64,000 bases of DNA from Hydrolagus colliei. Taxonomy: Eukaryota. The notes below the pieces were generated by a model. It was not told the DNA's origin. It was given only the letters and a program-made list of their open reading frames with translations, and did not search any database. Location of the stretch: assembly GCA_035084275.1 (NCBI GenBank), contig CM068751.1, forward strand, positions 8,742,001 through 8,806,000, written 5' to 3'. Shown piece by piece: positions 61,976 to 64,000 of the stretch. How positions within the stretch are numbered: position 1 is the first letter of the stretch; every line of letters starts with the position of its first letter. The translations under genes were made by a program, and so were the position numbers.

Positions 61976-62296
61976 GGAGTGCTGTAGCTCAGCGGTTAGA
62001 GCAGTCGCCTTACAAGTGCGAGACCTGTGTTCGAATCCAGGCAGGTCAGAGCGAAACCTTGGGCAAGTTTCCTTACTCCACACACACGCCTAGTAATACT
62101 CCCTCCCAAAAAAACATAATAATAAAATTGGTCATTTCAATCTACGACTGTGTGGGGGGACACTGCTGTGCGCAATTGGCTGTCACACTTCAATTCACGG
62201 TCAACTCACTTTATAGTATATTCTGTGAAGTGCTTTGGGACGTCTAGAAGATGTGGAAAGCAATTTATCATATGCCAGGATTATTGTTATTATTAT
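61976..62296 (+). mobile_element. tRNA-derived SINE
   Basis: Matches the consensus. Confidence 0.9.
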
Positions 62297-62540
62297 GGGG
62301 AGATGATGATGGTGATGATAACAGTTGGGTTTTATTTTTCGAAGCTTAGCAACGGCATCTGGGGATTTACATTGTTGTCTGGTAAGGATGGAAAGTATTC
62401 CAGGAGCTCGTGTTGATTAAATCATTTTGCCTGCTGATTAATATCACACAGGGGAAGTCTAATTTAAGCGCACTGTGGTTGGGAGTGAAGTGGGAGTGGG
62501 GGGAATGATTGGTTGCTAGGATGGGCTATGTTTGCACTGT

Positions 62541-62866
62541 ATAATAATAATAATCTTTGCATTTGATATAGCGCTTTTCACGTCTTCTAGACGTCTCAAA
62601 GAGATTCACAGAATTGACTGTAAAGTTAATTGACTGTATATTTGTGGGGGAATCACGGCAGCCAATTGCGCACAGCAGTGTCCCACAAACAGTCGTGGAT
62701 TGAAATGACCAATTTTTATTATTGTGGGGTTTTCTTTTTGGAGGAATTAGTATTAGGCGTGTGGAGTAAGGAAACTTGCCCAAAGTTTCGCCCTGATCTG
62801 CCTGGATTCGAACGCAGTTCTCGCGCTTGTAAGGCGAGTGCTCTAACCACTGAGCTACAGGACTCC
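62541..62866 (-). mobile_element. tRNA-derived SINE, full length
   Basis: Matches the consensus on the minus strand. Confidence 0.92.
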
Positions 62867-64000
62867 AGTTGGAACTGTGCATTGGTTCAGTTTTTATTAA
62901 TAAAAATGAAAAGAAACATGGCCACTCCGCTAATATTTCTTTTCCCCAAAGGTTTCAAGTGGCCCGAGTTGAACGAAAATGGGTAGGACAAATCCTGAGT
63001 GTTACCTGTGGTAACATTCCGAAAGCATTACAGTGTGACGCCTTCAGCCGTTACCACACGGGGAGATCATTCAGCAACACCTGAGGATGTACTCTTTTTT
63101 TTTAAATGTTCCTGTTTCAACCTCGCTCAGACTGCTCCAGTCTTAAATCATCTGTTGGGTTTTCTTTTCCCCTGTGGAGAAAGTGGGTCAATTAAACTCA
63201 AAAGCTTTCAAAAAAGCAGCCCACCCAGTGTCGGAAACCTGACCCGCAGTGAATCCTGCCGGTGATTTGTGTCCTGTTTTTGAGTGGAACATTAACACTG
63301 ATTTATCCACTTTTCGCCTCCCTCCCTCCCTCCCTCCCTCCTTCCCCCCCCACCCCACCTCCTCACTGATCCTGTCCATGTTTTGGGCAAATCTAACCTT
63401 TAGCGCTTTGATTCTTTTAATTCAATCGAATCACAATACTGGCCATGGATCTACATGACCTGATTGCTATTGAGTAATGGAGTATCAGATGCTTAAATCA
63501 CTTGTAAGGCAGCAATTCCACATCAGTCGTTTATCCCTTTAGGCCCAGGCTATGATTTGCTTATGATTCAATAATTGGAGGCCTACTCCAGGGCTATTAG
63601 TGTGGCACTATATAACCAGCACAGAACCAGCCACAAAACAGGCGAGTGATGAAATCGCAAGTGCAAAAGGCCCACACGTTGAGCAATAAAATAGGTGTAG
63701 TGTGTCGTTAGTAGCCACAAGGGTAATAATTCTTGTATAATAAAAGACCTGAGAAGTTGGCAATTTTCCCATTAATAATATTCAACGGAGCAGAGATTGA
63801 TTGGCCTCATTATTTTTGTGGTGTCTCTGGTTTCAATGCTGCTCTGGAAGCGGTTCAGCCCAGCTGTCACCGTCGTCACTTCACATGTATCTGCGGTGCC
63901 TGGTGTTATTAGTAGCAAACCGGGAGGGGTTAATTGGAGTTGTATAACTTCAGCTCAAAGGAAACTAGCACTGGCTCCCCCTGCTGTGAAGGCTTGCAGC

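Noticed and set aside
1-64000. CRISPR arrays, operons or other prokaryotic systems
   Set aside because: The sequence is a eukaryotic intron-rich locus. Repeats are dispersed retroelements, not regularly spaced repeat-spacer units.

Overview
Vertebrate genomic DNA. The repeat landscape (one very abundant tRNA-derived SINE, L2 and CR1 LINE debris, Penelope-type repeats) suggests a cartilaginous fish, probably a chimaera such as Callorhinchus; this is inference. The window lies inside the + strand SCHIP1 (schwannomin-interacting protein 1 / IQCJ-SCHIP1) gene. Five internal coding exons can be read with canonical AG/GT ends and consistent phases: 14187-14798, 48089-48207, 49357-49474, 50271-50468 and 55394-55517. 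There are three candidate alternative first coding exons, all ending in phase 0: 8810-8815 (MT), 28872-28901 (MVHQENCAYQ) and 43450-43527 (26 aa). The IQCJ exons and the last SCHIP1 exons were not found and presumably lie outside the window. The introns hold roughly 45 copies or fragments of a ~320-bp SINE (tRNA head + CORE-like + Deu-like + L2-type tail), about 20 L2 fragments including one decayed reverse transcriptase region, CR1 3' ends, a Tigger-like MITE and microsatellites. Nearly all other ORFs in the track come from repeats. The most notable observations are: Penelope-type mini-elements carrying minimal hammerhead ribozyme relics (one with a 14-bp target duplication), a SINE inserted 10 nt upstream of a SCHIP1 acceptor, short uORFs in front of each candidate first exon, a chimeric SINE with a putative Deu parent in the same window, and a SINE/LINE tail stem-loop with compensatory changes. 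I found no evidence for a wholly new protein-coding system. All comparisons to known proteins and repeat consensus sequences are from memory and need checking by search.
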